This document shows positions 29,095-38,856 of a stretch of DNA of 64,000 bases, piece after piece. This stretch comes from Spirochaetia bacterium (GTDB lineage: Bacteria; Spirochaetota; Spirochaetia; SZUA-6; Bin103). A model generated the notes under the pieces. It saw only the letters and a list, made by a program, of their open reading frames with translations. It made no database searches and was not told the DNA's origin. Location of the stretch: assembly GCA_965203905.1 (NCBI GenBank), contig CBDBDQ010000005.1, positions 4,416,001 through 4,480,000 of the forward strand. Reading direction: 5' to 3'. The translations under genes were made by a program, and so were the position numbers. Within the stretch, counting starts at the first letter, position 1; every line of letters starts with the position of its first letter.

Positions 29095-29504
29095 AGCCGA
29101 GCATGATCCAAGAAGATGGGGCTGCGGATGGTTCAGACTTTCGTGTGCGCTCCACACGACCAGAAGAAGCAGGATTGTCCGTAAATTGGCTCGAGGTATT
29201 TGGACCGGACAAGGTCCATCAGCTGGACGAAGTGCGCCGTTTGTGCCGTCTACACTTGAGGCCAAACGGACGTTTTGCAGAAATAAATGTTGGCACGGTC
29301 ATACACCACGTAGCCACAGAGTTGGACTCGCTGCGCATCATCCATGATCCACTTGAAGCAACGGATCGTTTCGATGCCGACCCATCGCACGCGGAGATTA
29401 CCGGTCTGCCTCCGGGCGATTCGGATCAGGCTGTTTTGGTCGGCGATCTAATCGCAGAGTGCGTCATCGCGATGCACCCGGCCGGCGTCGGGGATGACGG
29501 CTGA
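29043..29504 (+). CDS. Hypothetical protein with ART/RES-like motifs; 5' end appears damaged
   Basis: Frame is open upstream of ATG 29103 (HIVRYVKPSM); GLSVNWLE and DPSHAEI motifs. Confidence 0.5.
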   Translation, partial: PRKRDSVPTGGHIVRYVKPSMIQEDGAADGSDFRVRSTRPEEAGLSVNWLEVFGPDKVHQLDEVRRLCRLHLRPNGRFAEINVGTVIHHVATELDSLRIIHDPLEATDRFDADPSHAEITGLPPGDSDQAVLVGDLIAECVIAMHPAGVGDDG

Positions 29505-29550
29505 GACCAAGTTCGCATGATGCGAGCATGACGGGCCGCCGTTCAGTCTC

Positions 29551-29791
29551 GGTACCCCGGAGAGGCTCGACTCGTTCACGGCCCACAAGGCGACGGGCAT
29601 AAACCAGACAGGCGAGAAAGTCCTCGCGTATCCAGCCACGGGTAACCCTGGAGCAGGGTATCATGATCATCGCCAGCCGCCAGCATACCCAAGATATGTT
29701 CCTCCGCAAGGCGGCGACCTCGAATGATCGGCTTGCCCCCATAGATCCGTGGATCGACGGAGACTCTCTCCAACAGATCGGTTTCGTTCAC
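29551..29791 (-). pseudogene. Frameshifted DUF433 antitoxin copy
   Basis: Closely similar to 35963-36214 but with a 1-nt insertion near 29630 (cgcgtatccagcc vs cgcgctccaacc); no PIN partner. Confidence 0.8.
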
Positions 29792-30158
29792 GGCAGCCTC
29801 GGTCAGCGATTCTACTGGCGAAGCACGCTTGTCAATGTCGACTCACGAGGCCACCTGCCATGAGCGTGGCACGACCCGATAAAGGCTATGTCCCGCTGCG
29901 CAGACCTGGAGTCGGGCGGACGTGATCCGCGGCGGTCCGTTCGCCACGGTGGCCATCATCGGTGGTCGCGGTCGCGTCGGGCGGAAAGCCGGCGGCCAGT
30001 CGGAGCCAGCGCGTCGCTTCGTCCAGCACTTCCCGCGGGCATCGTGATGACCACCGCAAAGCGCCTCAAGCGTCAGCACGCAGCGATCCGACCAGGGCCG
30101 CGGCCTGCGGGAACGCGCGACAGATGCTCGGCAGCGTGCTATGTTACGCGCTTGCCGC

Positions 30159-30622
30159 ATGATGTATCACCAGACGCTGTTGTTCGAGAACGGGACGGGA
30201 GGCCACCGCGCCTACACCACGCCGACGCTGCTCACCACCGCCAGTGGCGCCATTCTGGCGATCTGCGAAGGCAGGAACAGCGACCCGAAGGTGATGGGGG
30301 GCGACTCCGGCGACATCGACCTGGTGATGCGGCGCAGCCTCGACGGCGGACGGAGCTGGGAGCCGAAGCGGGTGATCGTGCGCATCGGGCCCGACACCGA
30401 CGGCAACGCGGCGCCGGTGCTGGACCGGGAGACCGGTGCCGCTCCTGGAACGCCGGCAGGGTGGTGTACGAGGACCACGCCGCCTACTCCGACCTGTGCG
30501 TGGCGCCCGACATGAGCATCTGCTGCCTGTTCGACCACGGCTGCGGCACCGGCTACGACGGTCTGGCCCTGACGCGCTTCGACCTGGCATGGCTCACGGA
30601 CGGCGAGGATACGCTCGCCTGA
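30159..30622 (+). pseudogene. Exo-alpha-sialidase (GH33) remnant with large internal deletion
   Basis: N-terminus with EGR, DIDLVMRRSLDGGRSW (Asp box) and PVLDRETG joined out of frame near 30437 to the C-terminal AYSDL...RFDLAWL. Confidence 0.8.
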
Positions 30623-30663
30623 GCGGGGCAGGACTGGCAAGGCTCGAGGGACGGAGCTGAGCG

Positions 30664-31020
30664 ATGGTGAGCTACCTGGTGCGGCGGGTCGTCTACATGC
30701 TGCTGCTCCTGGTGGTGCTCTCGTTCGTGTCGTTCGTGCTTATCGAGCTGCCGCCCGGCGACGCGCTGTCCACCATGATCCAGGAGATGTGGGCCAGCGG
30801 GCGCTCGGTATCCGCCGAGGACATTGGCTACCTGGAAGAACTGTACGGTTTGAACCGCCCGTTCCTGCTGCGTTACGGCAAGTGGTTCTTCAACCTGCTG
30901 CAGGGCGACATGGGCCAGTCGCTGATCCACGGCATGCCGGTGAAGCGGCTGATCAGCGAACGCTACTGGCTCACGGTAACGATCAGCTTCGCGTCGCTGC
31001 TGTTCGTGTTCGCGGTGGGA
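30664..31020 (+). pseudogene. 5' fragment of peptide ABC permease (DppB/OppB-like)
   Basis: MVSYLVRR, LPPGD, YGLNRP, GDMGQS; similarity ends near 31020. Confidence 0.78.
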
Positions 31021-31259
31021 TATTCGCGTACATCGAAGTCCTCCTCGAGGTCGATCACCACGGAGAACACGAAGATCAAGCGGTCCTCGCTGCCATAGCG
31101 CAGCTCCCATTCGAGATCATACGCCGGGGAGCTTGGAGACAGACCGGAAACGAAGTCTGATCTGATCTGCTTGGCCGCGCGCACCGCCGCAGTCAATGCC
31201 CCCAGATACTCATCAGCGCTCCATTCATCTGCCGGTGCACCGGTCATCAGGTCGGCCAT
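30963..31259 (-). CDS. Hypothetical protein, probably 3'-truncated at the 31020 junction
   Basis: MADLMTG...LIFVFSVVIDLEEDFD; tail reads into the antisense of the permease fragment. Confidence 0.35.
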   Translation of the reverse strand: MADLMTGAPADEWSADEYLGALTAAVRAAKQIRSDFVSGLSPSSPAYDLEWELRYGSEDRLIFVFSVVIDLEEDFDVREYPTANTNSSDAKLIVTVSQ

Positions 31260-31580
31260 GCTCGTGTGAGTATCGAATGTCCGCATCTGGTTGAGCGCGG
31301 TCTGCCACACGATGATTTCGTCTTCCGGCACATCGCGTACTGCAATTTCTTTCTCCGCCCGGCCCCCGTCGAGGGCGGCAGCATTGCGGCTTACGTCGGC
31401 CAACGCGACCTTGCGGTAGCGGAAGACGTGCTGACCTGGTTCATGCGAAGTTATCGACCGGAGCTGGTAGCCGTCGCCTCCAACAGTGGCTGAACGCCGC
31501 CTCGTAGAGGACTGGATCGGGAAGGTGGGAGTGCCGGGAGTCCCGAACCCAATTTCGCGGACCATCTCGGTGATCGACTC

Positions 31581-33146
31581 TCACGTGGCTCCATTCCCTG
31601 GTCGATGGTGGGAGGGGATCCAGTGGCGGGGCGGTGGCGCGGGCTGCTGGCGGCGGGCGTTGGCGTAGTCACTGGCGCACAGCACCTCCTCGAACAACAT
31701 CGCTTCCAGCTCGCGCCGAGTGCTGGCGTAGTCGGCGTCGGCGTAGCGGTTGTGCGTTTCGGCGCGATCTTCGATGCGGTCGTACAGTTCGCCGTGCGCG
31801 CCCCCGGCGTACTTGGTCAGGCGCCAGCGCTCGGTGGTGAGCGTGCGCATGCGCGCCGGCATCATGTCATCGTCGTTCTCGGTCAGCGCGGCCGTGCGCC
31901 GGTAGGGACCGGTGCCGCGCAGCGCCGGTGCGAACGAGATGCCCTGTACTCCCTCCGGTTCCGGCACGCCGGCGAGGTCCCACAGGGTGGCGGCGATGTC
32001 GAGCGTGGAGGCGGGCTGCTCGATGGTCTGTCCCGCCTGGATGCCCGGGCCCTGCACCAGCAGGGGTACGCGCAGGGCGGAGGCGAAGTGCATGCCCTTG
32101 CCGACGAAGCCGTGGTCGCCGAGGTACTCCCCGTGATCGGCGACGAACACCACGACGGTGGACTCGGCCATGCCGGTGGCCGCGAGATGGTCGAGGATGC
32201 GCCCGACGTGGTGGTCGAGGCAGGCGGTCATGCCGTAGTAGGAGGCGCGCACCGCACGCCAGGTCGCCTCGCTCACCCGCGAGTAGTCCAGCGGCGGGGT
32301 ACCGATGATGCGGTCGATGCCCGGCCCCTCCGGTGGTACCTCCCACTCGCCGACGTCCAGCGCTTCGCCGCGGAAGATCGAGTCGTACCACGACGGCATG
32401 TGGCGCCCGCCGTGGGGTAGGGGCGCCGGCACCGCTACGGGGTCGTACGCCGATGCCCACGGTTCGGGAACCGTGAACGGGTGGTGCGGGTCGGGAAAGC
32501 TGACGTGGGCGAACAGCGGCCGCCCGTCATCGCGCACGGAGTCGAGCAACTCGATGGTGCGGTCCGCCAGGTAGTGCGAGGAGTGCAGCTCGGGGGGCAG
32601 CCGGAAGCGATGCGGTCCAAGCACCGGCGTAAGTTGATGTTCCCCCTCCCGGGGCTGCGCCCGTGCGTCATCCAGGTCGACGCCCCTGGCCGCGGCATGA
32701 GCCTCGTAGTCGGGGCCGAAGCAGCCGTCGCCGTGGCCGTTGACCAGGTCCACCTCCGCGAATCCGAAGTAGCCGTCGCTTCCCTCCCGCGCCATGGCCG
32801 CGCGCAGCACCTCCGGCTCGGCACGCTGCGGCACCAGGTGGATCTTGCCGACCGACGCGCACCGGTAGCCGGCGCGCTGCAGGCCGTGGCCGAGGAAGCG
32901 CGGATCGTCCGGCGCGTGGCAGCCCACCATGCGCGTCTTCAGCACCGACGGAAACGCCCCGGTCAGTATCGACGCGCGACTCGGCGTACAGGTCGGCTGG
33001 GTCACCACGCAATCGGCGAACCGCGCCCCTGCGGCCGCCATGCGGTCGAGGTTGGGCGTACGGCACACGGGATTGCCGTACGCCGACAGGGTATCGGCGC
33101 GCAACTCATCGGCCACGATCAGCAGGATGTTCGGTTGCATCGGCAT
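31581..33146 (-). CDS. Formylglycine-dependent sulfatase
   Basis: PNILLIVADELR, CTPSRASILTG, GKIH, DPHHP, ADHGEYLGDHG. Confidence 0.93.
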   Translation of the reverse strand: MPMQPNILLIVADELRADTLSAYGNPVCRTPNLDRMAAAGARFADCVVTQPTCTPSRASILTGAFPSVLKTRMVGCHAPDDPRFLGHGLQRAGYRCASVGKIHLVPQRAEPEVLRAAMAREGSDGYFGFAEVDLVNGHGDGCFGPDYEAHAAARGVDLDDARAQPREGEHQLTPVLGPHRFRLPPELHSSHYLADRTIELLDSVRDDGRPLFAHVSFPDPHHPFTVPEPWASAYDPVAVPAPLPHGGRHMPSWYDSIFRGEALDVGEWEVPPEGPGIDRIIGTPPLDYSRVSEATWRAVRASYYGMTACLDHHVGRILDHLAATGMAESTVVVFVADHGEYLGDHGFVGKGMHFASALRVPLLVQGPGIQAGQTIEQPASTLDIAATLWDLAGVPEPEGVQGISFAPALRGTGPYRRTAALTENDDDMMPARMRTLTTERWRLTKYAGGAHGELYDRIEDRAETHNRYADADYASTRRELEAMLFEEVLCASDYANARRQQPAPPPRHWIPSHHRPGNGAT

Positions 33147-33164
33147 GGGCTGCCGCTGCCATCA

Positions 33165-33275
33165 TCATCTTCGCGCCGCCGGCTGTCCACTCCGACCGCA
33201 CTTGCCGAGCGTCGCGATGGTGTCCCAGCGCTGTCGGTCGGTCATGACGAACAGCACGTTCGGCTTCTCCCGCAT
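33165..33275 (-). pseudogene. 36-codon sulfatase remnant (N-terminus only)
   Basis: Hand translation MREKPNVLFVMTDRQRWDTIATLG... then stop; GGAGG upstream. Confidence 0.7.
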
Positions 33276-33284
33276 GACCCGAGG

Positions 33285-34217
33285 CTACCTCCGGGCGGCG
33301 TGTTCAAAGACCGGTGAGTTCGCTGCGAAGAACGCCGCGTGGACGATGGCGCCGTCGAGGGTCAGGGCCTGACCGACCAGCCGCCTGTCGGCCACGCGGT
33401 ACTCGACGCCGAGTCCCACCCCCGGGGCTTGCCGACCCGGAGCCGACGCGAATCGTTGCGTGAGATCCAGCACCCGCGTGGCGGATGGGCGGCCCTTGGC
33501 GACGGGTGATTCGAGCAGGTACGAACGGATCAGCGCGGGCCAGTGAACGGCGAGCAGGTCCGGGGCGCCGAACAGGTCCATGGCCTGCACCCAGCTCCCG
33601 TGGGTGACGACGATGCCGCACTGGCCGGGCAGCGGCCCGCAGGCTGCGAGCTTCTCGACCACGGCGGTACGGGGAGGCTCGCGCCGGTGAGCCTGGCGGC
33701 GCACTTCGGCCGCTGACGCCGTGGGTGATTCCACCTGGGCACGGTCCAGCATCCGGTCGACCGCGTCCCACACCGCCGACTGGTCTCCTTCGCGGGAGCC
33801 CCTGCGCCCTATCGATTCGCTCACTCCGGCGTGCTGCGTGGCGCGTACCGTGGCGGCCGCGAACGCGTCGTCGCGGCGGTACCCCTGGCGCTCACCCCAG
33901 CGGCCCTGCTCCAGGCAGGACACCGGGATCTCCAGCTCGGATTCGGGCGGCACCAGAACGGTCGCGTTCAGGGCGCGGTTCTGCTTGCCGCCGAGGAAGT
34001 GTTCGCCCTCGACGACAAGCACCGGACGGTCGCCGGGGTTGCGCACGCGCAGGGCGTGGACAGATGCCTCGTCGAGCTCGTCGACGACAAGGCCCGCACC
34101 CTCGCCGGTGGCGATCGGCGGCAGGTCGTTGGCCGCCAGGTAGACGGGAAAGAAGGACACGCCCAAGCGGGTGATCGCTGAACCGACGGCGACGCGGTCG
34201 AGTTTCGGGATTGTCAT
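33285..34217 (-). CDS. ARPP-1 / DUF6569-like protein
   Basis: GEHFLGGKQNRALN, IPVSCLEQGRW, QSAVW, DLF, LIRSY; GGAGG RBS before ATG 34217. Confidence 0.72.
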   Translation of the reverse strand: MTIPKLDRVAVGSAITRLGVSFFPVYLAANDLPPIATGEGAGLVVDELDEASVHALRVRNPGDRPVLVVEGEHFLGGKQNRALNATVLVPPESELEIPVSCLEQGRWGERQGYRRDDAFAAATVRATQHAGVSESIGRRGSREGDQSAVWDAVDRMLDRAQVESPTASAAEVRRQAHRREPPRTAVVEKLAACGPLPGQCGIVVTHGSWVQAMDLFGAPDLLAVHWPALIRSYLLESPVAKGRPSATRVLDLTQRFASAPGRQAPGVGLGVEYRVADRRLVGQALTLDGAIVHAAFFAANSPVFEHAARR

Positions 34218-34234
34218 GGCACCTCCGTTACCGC

Positions 34235-34255
34235 TTATTGTCGATTGAACAATAA
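34235..34255. promoter_or_regulatory. NrtR operator 1
   Basis: TTATTGTCGATTGAACAATAA: 21-bp palindrome TTATTGT-N7-ACAATAA. Confidence 0.8.
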
Positions 34256-34270
34256 TACAGCCTGGGCTTG

Positions 34271-34291
34271 TGATTGTCAACTCGACAATAT
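34271..34291. promoter_or_regulatory. NrtR operator 2, within the predicted nrtR promoter
   Basis: TGATTGTCAACTCGACAATAT (ATTGTC-N5-GACAAT) between TTGTGA (34268-34273) and TATAGT (34291-34296), 17-bp spacer. Confidence 0.75.
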
Positions 34292-34302
34292 ATAGTTCCT
34301 TC

Positions 34303-35127
34303 GTGGGCCCGAGCGCGTCATCGGACTACGATCCTCGTGGTTTCCCTCCGTTTGCCGTCACCGTGGACGTGGCGGTGTTTACCATCAGGGACGATGCACT
34401 ACAGTTGTTGCTGGTCCGACGGGCGGAAGAACCGCACCGAGGAGACCTTGCTCTCCCGGGTGGGTTCGTGAAGCCGGACGAGGACCTGGATGATGCAGCG
34501 GCCCGGGAGTTGGCCGAGGAGACCGGTCTCCGGGACGAGTCCCGCCACCTGGAGCAACTCGGAAGCTACGGCGCACCGGATCGCGACCCCCGCATGCGGG
34601 TGGTCACCGTCGCCTACTGGGCGATCTGCGCCGATCTGCCAGCGCCGCAAGCCGGAGGTGACGCCGCGTCCGCGATCCTGGTGCCGGTGAAGGAGATCGA
34701 GTCGCGCGGTGTCCGCTTGGCATTCGACCACGAACGAATAGTCAGGGACGCCGTCGAGCGGACGCGGTCCAAGCTGGAGTACACGGCCCTGGCGGCGAAG
34801 TTCTGCCCGCCGAAATTCACGATCGCCGAGTTGCGCCGGGTCTACGAGGCGGTGTGGAACACACACCTCGACCCGGGCAACTTCCAGCGTAACGTCCAGG
34901 AGAGCGGCGCTTTCAAGAAACAGGGCATGCCGGAACCCTCCTTCCGGACCCGCCGTGGACGACGTGCGGCACTCTGGTCCGTCCGCGGGCCAATCTCAGA
35001 TGGCGACCGGTCCGCTGTCCCGTTGCACAGAGCACTCGCCAGACGACGGCATCCGGCTGTACCGCCGGACGACCCGTCCGAAAGCCACGGCGGCCAGCCC
35101 CCGGCGAAGGACGAGGAGACCCTATAG
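34303..35127 (+). CDS. nrtR: NrtR-family Nudix/wHTH transcriptional regulator
   Basis: VTVDVAVF, LPGGF..DEDLDDAAARELAEETG, RDPRMRVV, LAFDH, FTIAELRRVYE, NFQR; GTG 34303 chosen as start. Confidence 0.88.
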   Translation: MGPSASSDYDPRGFPPFAVTVDVAVFTIRDDALQLLLVRRAEEPHRGDLALPGGFVKPDEDLDDAAARELAEETGLRDESRHLEQLGSYGAPDRDPRMRVVTVAYWAICADLPAPQAGGDAASAILVPVKEIESRGVRLAFDHERIVRDAVERTRSKLEYTALAAKFCPPKFTIAELRRVYEAVWNTHLDPGNFQRNVQESGAFKKQGMPEPSFRTRRGRRAALWSVRGPISDGDRSAVPLHRALARRRHPAVPPDDPSESHGGQPPAKDEETL

Positions 35128-35621
35128 GCTGAACCGACGGCGCAGGTCATTCCTGTCTACCGAGTCCACCGGTGCACCGGCCGAGCGCGGGCCTTGCTGA
35201 CGTTCTCGCGTAGTCCGGCCGAGCTGTTTGCCCTCTACTCGCCGGCCGAGTTTTTTCTCGAGCGGAGTCGTAGGCTGCGCAGACCTTGCGCGTAAGCGCG
35301 GTCAATTCATCTCGATGCTGCTTCCATGCATCTATCGTTGGTAGCGAGAACTTGAACTCATCGCTGATCGACCCGATGTGCGGTGCGTTCGAGGCGTACT
35401 TTGTCTCGAATATGAAGCCTGATTCTTGAGTTCTTCAAACGCGCTGGTTGACGCGAGATGAACGGCTATCGGATGGTAGCCTACCTTGATGCCGTCCGTG
35501 CTTTCGATGGATTGACCACGCGAGCGCACAATGGATTGGCACCGTCGGCTGGTCCTGGGTGGCGCCGGCCGCGCCGGTCACGTCGCCTCCTGCGGACCGC
35601 TCAATCGGGGCTTTCCATGGA

Positions 35622-35966
35622 TTACTCGCGAATCCTGAGCCGTCCCGGTTCCATGGTAACGATCGCTCCCGTTACGAGGTCGTCGCCATGAACGTCGAGT
35701 GCCTGCTGACATGTGGCTGCATGCTTTCGTGCCGGAAACCCGACTATCCGCAGTATCCCGCCGTGCGGCCGTTCGTGGACGATAGCCAGCTCACCGAAGT
35801 CTTTGTCCAATGTTGCCAGGACACGTTGCTCACGATGGGCGATGGCGAGAATCTCATCATCTCCAGGATCCTGTTGCCAGTCACCCGCCCACACGACATC
35901 GTGCCCTCCTGCCCTCAGCTCAGGTACGGCACCGCCCCAGATGCAGGTATCCAGGAGCAGCTTCAT
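35622..35966 (-). CDS. DUF5615 PIN-like toxin
   Basis: MKLLLDTC, GHDV, DDEIL, TLDKDFGEL; ATGA overlap with DUF433 gene. Confidence 0.85.
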   Translation of the reverse strand: MKLLLDTCIWGGAVPELRAGGHDVVWAGDWQQDPGDDEILAIAHREQRVLATLDKDFGELAIVHERPHGGILRIVGFPARKHAATCQQALDVHGDDLVTGAIVTMEPGRLRIRE

Positions 35967-36214
35967 CCATCTCCCGGTACCAGGAGAGGCTCGACTCGTT
36001 CGCGGCCCACGAGGCGACGGGCATAAACCAGACAGGCGAGAATGTCCTCGCGCTCCAACCACGGGTAACCCTGGAGCAGGGTTTCGTGATCATCACCGGC
36101 TGCCAGCATACCCAGGACATGTTCGACCGCTAAGCGGCGACCTCGAATGATCGGTTTGCCCCCATAGATCCGTGGATCGACGGAGATTCTTTCCAGGAGG
36201 TCGGCTTCGTTCAC
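35963..36214 (-). CDS. DUF433 antitoxin
   Basis: RISVDPRIYGGKPIIRGRR, YPWLEREDILACLVYA. Confidence 0.88.
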   Translation of the reverse strand: MNEADLLERISVDPRIYGGKPIIRGRRLAVEHVLGMLAAGDDHETLLQGYPWLEREDILACLVYARRLVGRERVEPLLVPGDG

Positions 36215-36456
36215 GGCAGTCTCGAACCACGATTCTTGACAGGTGCAGCGCAATTGTCAACGGTCCTTACGCGAGCACGATCCGGTTACGTCGAGACGGC
36301 GCTGGGCTGAGCATCCGCGACGTGGTTGCCGGCGTGCCGGCTGGCGCGGCAGTTCCCGGAGGTGGAATTCAAGGGTGTGGCGCTGGTGTTCCGCGGCTGG
36401 GACCTGGTGCACAGTGAAGAGGTGGCGGCCGTCGACGCTGCCGGTGCGTAGGCTGG

Positions 36457-37752
36457 CTATGGCCTGGCGCCAGGGGCAGCAGGGTCGCCGGCGAGCTTGT
36501 AGAGCGCGAAGTTGGACCAGCCCGGGCCGTGCTCGTCCGAGTCGGCAAACACCGCGAAGCCGCCGTCGCGCGTCGGCAGCACGAACTCGGCGGCGTTGTT
36601 GGCGTGCGGCGAGCCGTAGCTCTCCTGCCACTGCACCGTTCCGGCCTCCGTCACTCGCACCACGTAGGCGCGCCAGGTGTTGAGCGGATCGTCGGGACGT
36701 GCCTCGTTGCCCGGCTCGACGCCGCTGCCGCAGGCGGTGATGAAGCCTCCGCCGGGCACCGCCCGCACCCCGTAGCACTCCTCGAACATCCGCTCCGGCG
36801 CGCCGCCGTTGGGCTCGCCGAACGACAGGTTCCAGAGTTCCCTGCCGGCCGCATCGACACGCACCAGCCAGCCGTCCCAGCAGCCGTCGGGGCAGGTCGC
36901 CAGGTGCCCGGCGAGGATGAAGCCGCCGTCCGGGGCGGCGTCGAAGTCGTAGGGATGCGAGGTGCCGGTGCCGTAGGTGATCGGCGCGGCGGTGTGGCCG
37001 TCCCGGTCGCTGAAGGCGAGGCAGAACACGGTCTGCTCGGCGCGCCCGCGGCAGGCGCCGAACACGGCGTAGCCGGGCGCGCCGGTCCTCGGCAGCACGC
37101 GGAGGGGCTGGAACAGGGTGGCGGCAGTGGTGCGCTCCCAGATCGGGTCCAGGTCGGCGTCCAGCTTCATGATGAAGCCGCTGCCGGTGTCGACCAGGAA
37201 GGAGGTGAGCTCGTCCTGCGCGGCGCCGCGGTAGCCGACCGCCACGATGGTGCCGTCGGCGTTCAGCGTGATGCCCTCGATGGCGTCGCGCCCCGCCGCC
37301 GGGTAGGTGCGCTGCGCCGCCACCTCGCCGTTGCCGGTGACCCGCAGCAGCACCCGATCCTCCTGCACCGCGCCCGTACCGGCATCCCAGGAGCCGGCGG
37401 CCAGGAAACTGCCGGCCGCTTCCTGCAGCACGGAGTTGCCGAGGTTGAAGCGGCCCTCCCCGTACGACCGCGCGAACCGCAACGCACCGCGTTCGTCCGT
37501 GCGCACCACGAAGATGCGACTGCCGGCATGGCCGGCGGTCTCCCCGACGATCACGTAGCCGCCGTCGCGCGCCTGGATCGCCGCGTGCGGGTGCTCCTCG
37601 GTCTCCGCTCCGCCGTAGCCGTGCACCCACTGCACCCGCGGGCCGCCGCCGGGGGAGGCGACGCCCTGGTTCGCTGCCAGGAGCACCGTCAGTCCGAGCG
37701 CGGCGAGACGCGCAGCGTTGCGCATGACGGCCCTGACGTTAACGCACTTCAA
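36457..37752 (-). CDS. Secreted beta-propeller-like repeat protein
   Basis: Signal peptide; repeated DGGY/F, D..G...W...YG units. Confidence 0.7.
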   Translation of the reverse strand: MKCVNVRAVMRNAARLAALGLTVLLAANQGVASPGGGPRVQWVHGYGGAETEEHPHAAIQARDGGYVIVGETAGHAGSRIFVVRTDERGALRFARSYGEGRFNLGNSVLQEAAGSFLAAGSWDAGTGAVQEDRVLLRVTGNGEVAAQRTYPAAGRDAIEGITLNADGTIVAVGYRGAAQDELTSFLVDTGSGFIMKLDADLDPIWERTTAATLFQPLRVLPRTGAPGYAVFGACRGRAEQTVFCLAFSDRDGHTAAPITYGTGTSHPYDFDAAPDGGFILAGHLATCPDGCWDGWLVRVDAAGRELWNLSFGEPNGGAPERMFEECYGVRAVPGGGFITACGSGVEPGNEARPDDPLNTWRAYVVRVTEAGTVQWQESYGSPHANNAAEFVLPTRDGGFAVFADSDEHGPGWSNFALYKLAGDPAAPGARP

Positions 37753-37790
37753 TCAGGCTTGGCGACCTGCGATTGCACCTGCCGTAAAGG

Positions 37791-38714
37791 TCAGGACGCC
37801 GCCGCCGACCGCAGCGGGACATAAAGGTCGGTCAACAGATCCTCGGATGCGGTGTCAGACGGCATGTTGCGATAGACTTCCATGCACGGCCTGTCGCTCA
37901 GCTCCTCGCCGCTCTGTGGAAGCCACAATCCGAACAGGCGCCGATACGCCTCGGGAATGCCGTCGTAGGGGCCACGATGCGTATACACGGCGTAGCGGCC
38001 GGCTTCGAGCTTGTCGAGCGAGATGCCGGGCGGCGGAGATGCGTCGGTACGCAATTCGACGCACGCATCGGAGCGCAGGCTCTCCGTCGCCACGGCGTCC
38101 GGGTCGTCGTAGGAGAGACTCAGGACACGGCCGGGTCGCGCACCGATGCTCGCCGCCCACTGGAACAGCCGCTCGAAGCAGCCTCCCACCTCGTTGTACG
38201 GACCGACATGACGGATGCAGGCCACGTCGATGTCGTCAAGGTTCTCGATACGAACTTCCATGTTGGTGCCTCCACTTGGGGGATCGAATTCCACGCGCTC
38301 CTCACCCGGGTAGTATCTGACCCTCGCGACCGGACTGCTGAACGATGGCGATGGCCAGGCCTTGCGGTAGCGGCTGGGACTCATCCCGCAGCCGCGGCTG
38401 AACGCTCGCGAGAACGCTTCTTCCGAGCTGTAGCCGGCATCGAGGGCCACCTCGATCACATCGACCGACTCGTGGCGCAGCCGGTGGCCGGCACGCTCGA
38501 GGCGCAATCTCCGTACCAACGCGGTGATCGATTCGCCGGTCATGGCGCGGAACATGCGCTGGCAGTGAAAGCGCGAGAACGCCGCCTGGGCCGCTACTTC
38601 CTCAATCGAGCAGGGGCGGTCCAGACGCGGCACTATGAAGTCGAGAGCGCGGACGAGCCTGCGCGAGTAGTCCTGGGCGGTAGCGGAACGCACGGGAGCA
38701 CTATTGCACGACAC
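37791..38714 (-). CDS. AraC-family regulator with GyrI-like effector domain
   Basis: FSRFHCQRMF, GYSSEEAFSRAF, SPSRYR; HVGPY, YDDP, WLPQSG. Confidence 0.9.
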   Translation of the reverse strand: MSCNSAPVRSATAQDYSRRLVRALDFIVPRLDRPCSIEEVAAQAAFSRFHCQRMFRAMTGESITALVRRLRLERAGHRLRHESVDVIEVALDAGYSSEEAFSRAFSRGCGMSPSRYRKAWPSPSFSSPVARVRYYPGEERVEFDPPSGGTNMEVRIENLDDIDVACIRHVGPYNEVGGCFERLFQWAASIGARPGRVLSLSYDDPDAVATESLRSDACVELRTDASPPPGISLDKLEAGRYAVYTHRGPYDGIPEAYRRLFGLWLPQSGEELSDRPCMEVYRNMPSDTASEDLLTDLYVPLRSAAAS

Positions 38715-38856
38715 CGGCGTTCGTACCTGATCGTACGTGCGCGTTTCGAAAGGGAAAGGAGGCGCAGCCGGGGAGCAGCCCGGAGTGAGGCGTTTGTAGC
38801 TCTATGTAGCTACATCGGGCGCAGTATTTCCAGTCCCCGCCGCGCGGGGGTGGAGG

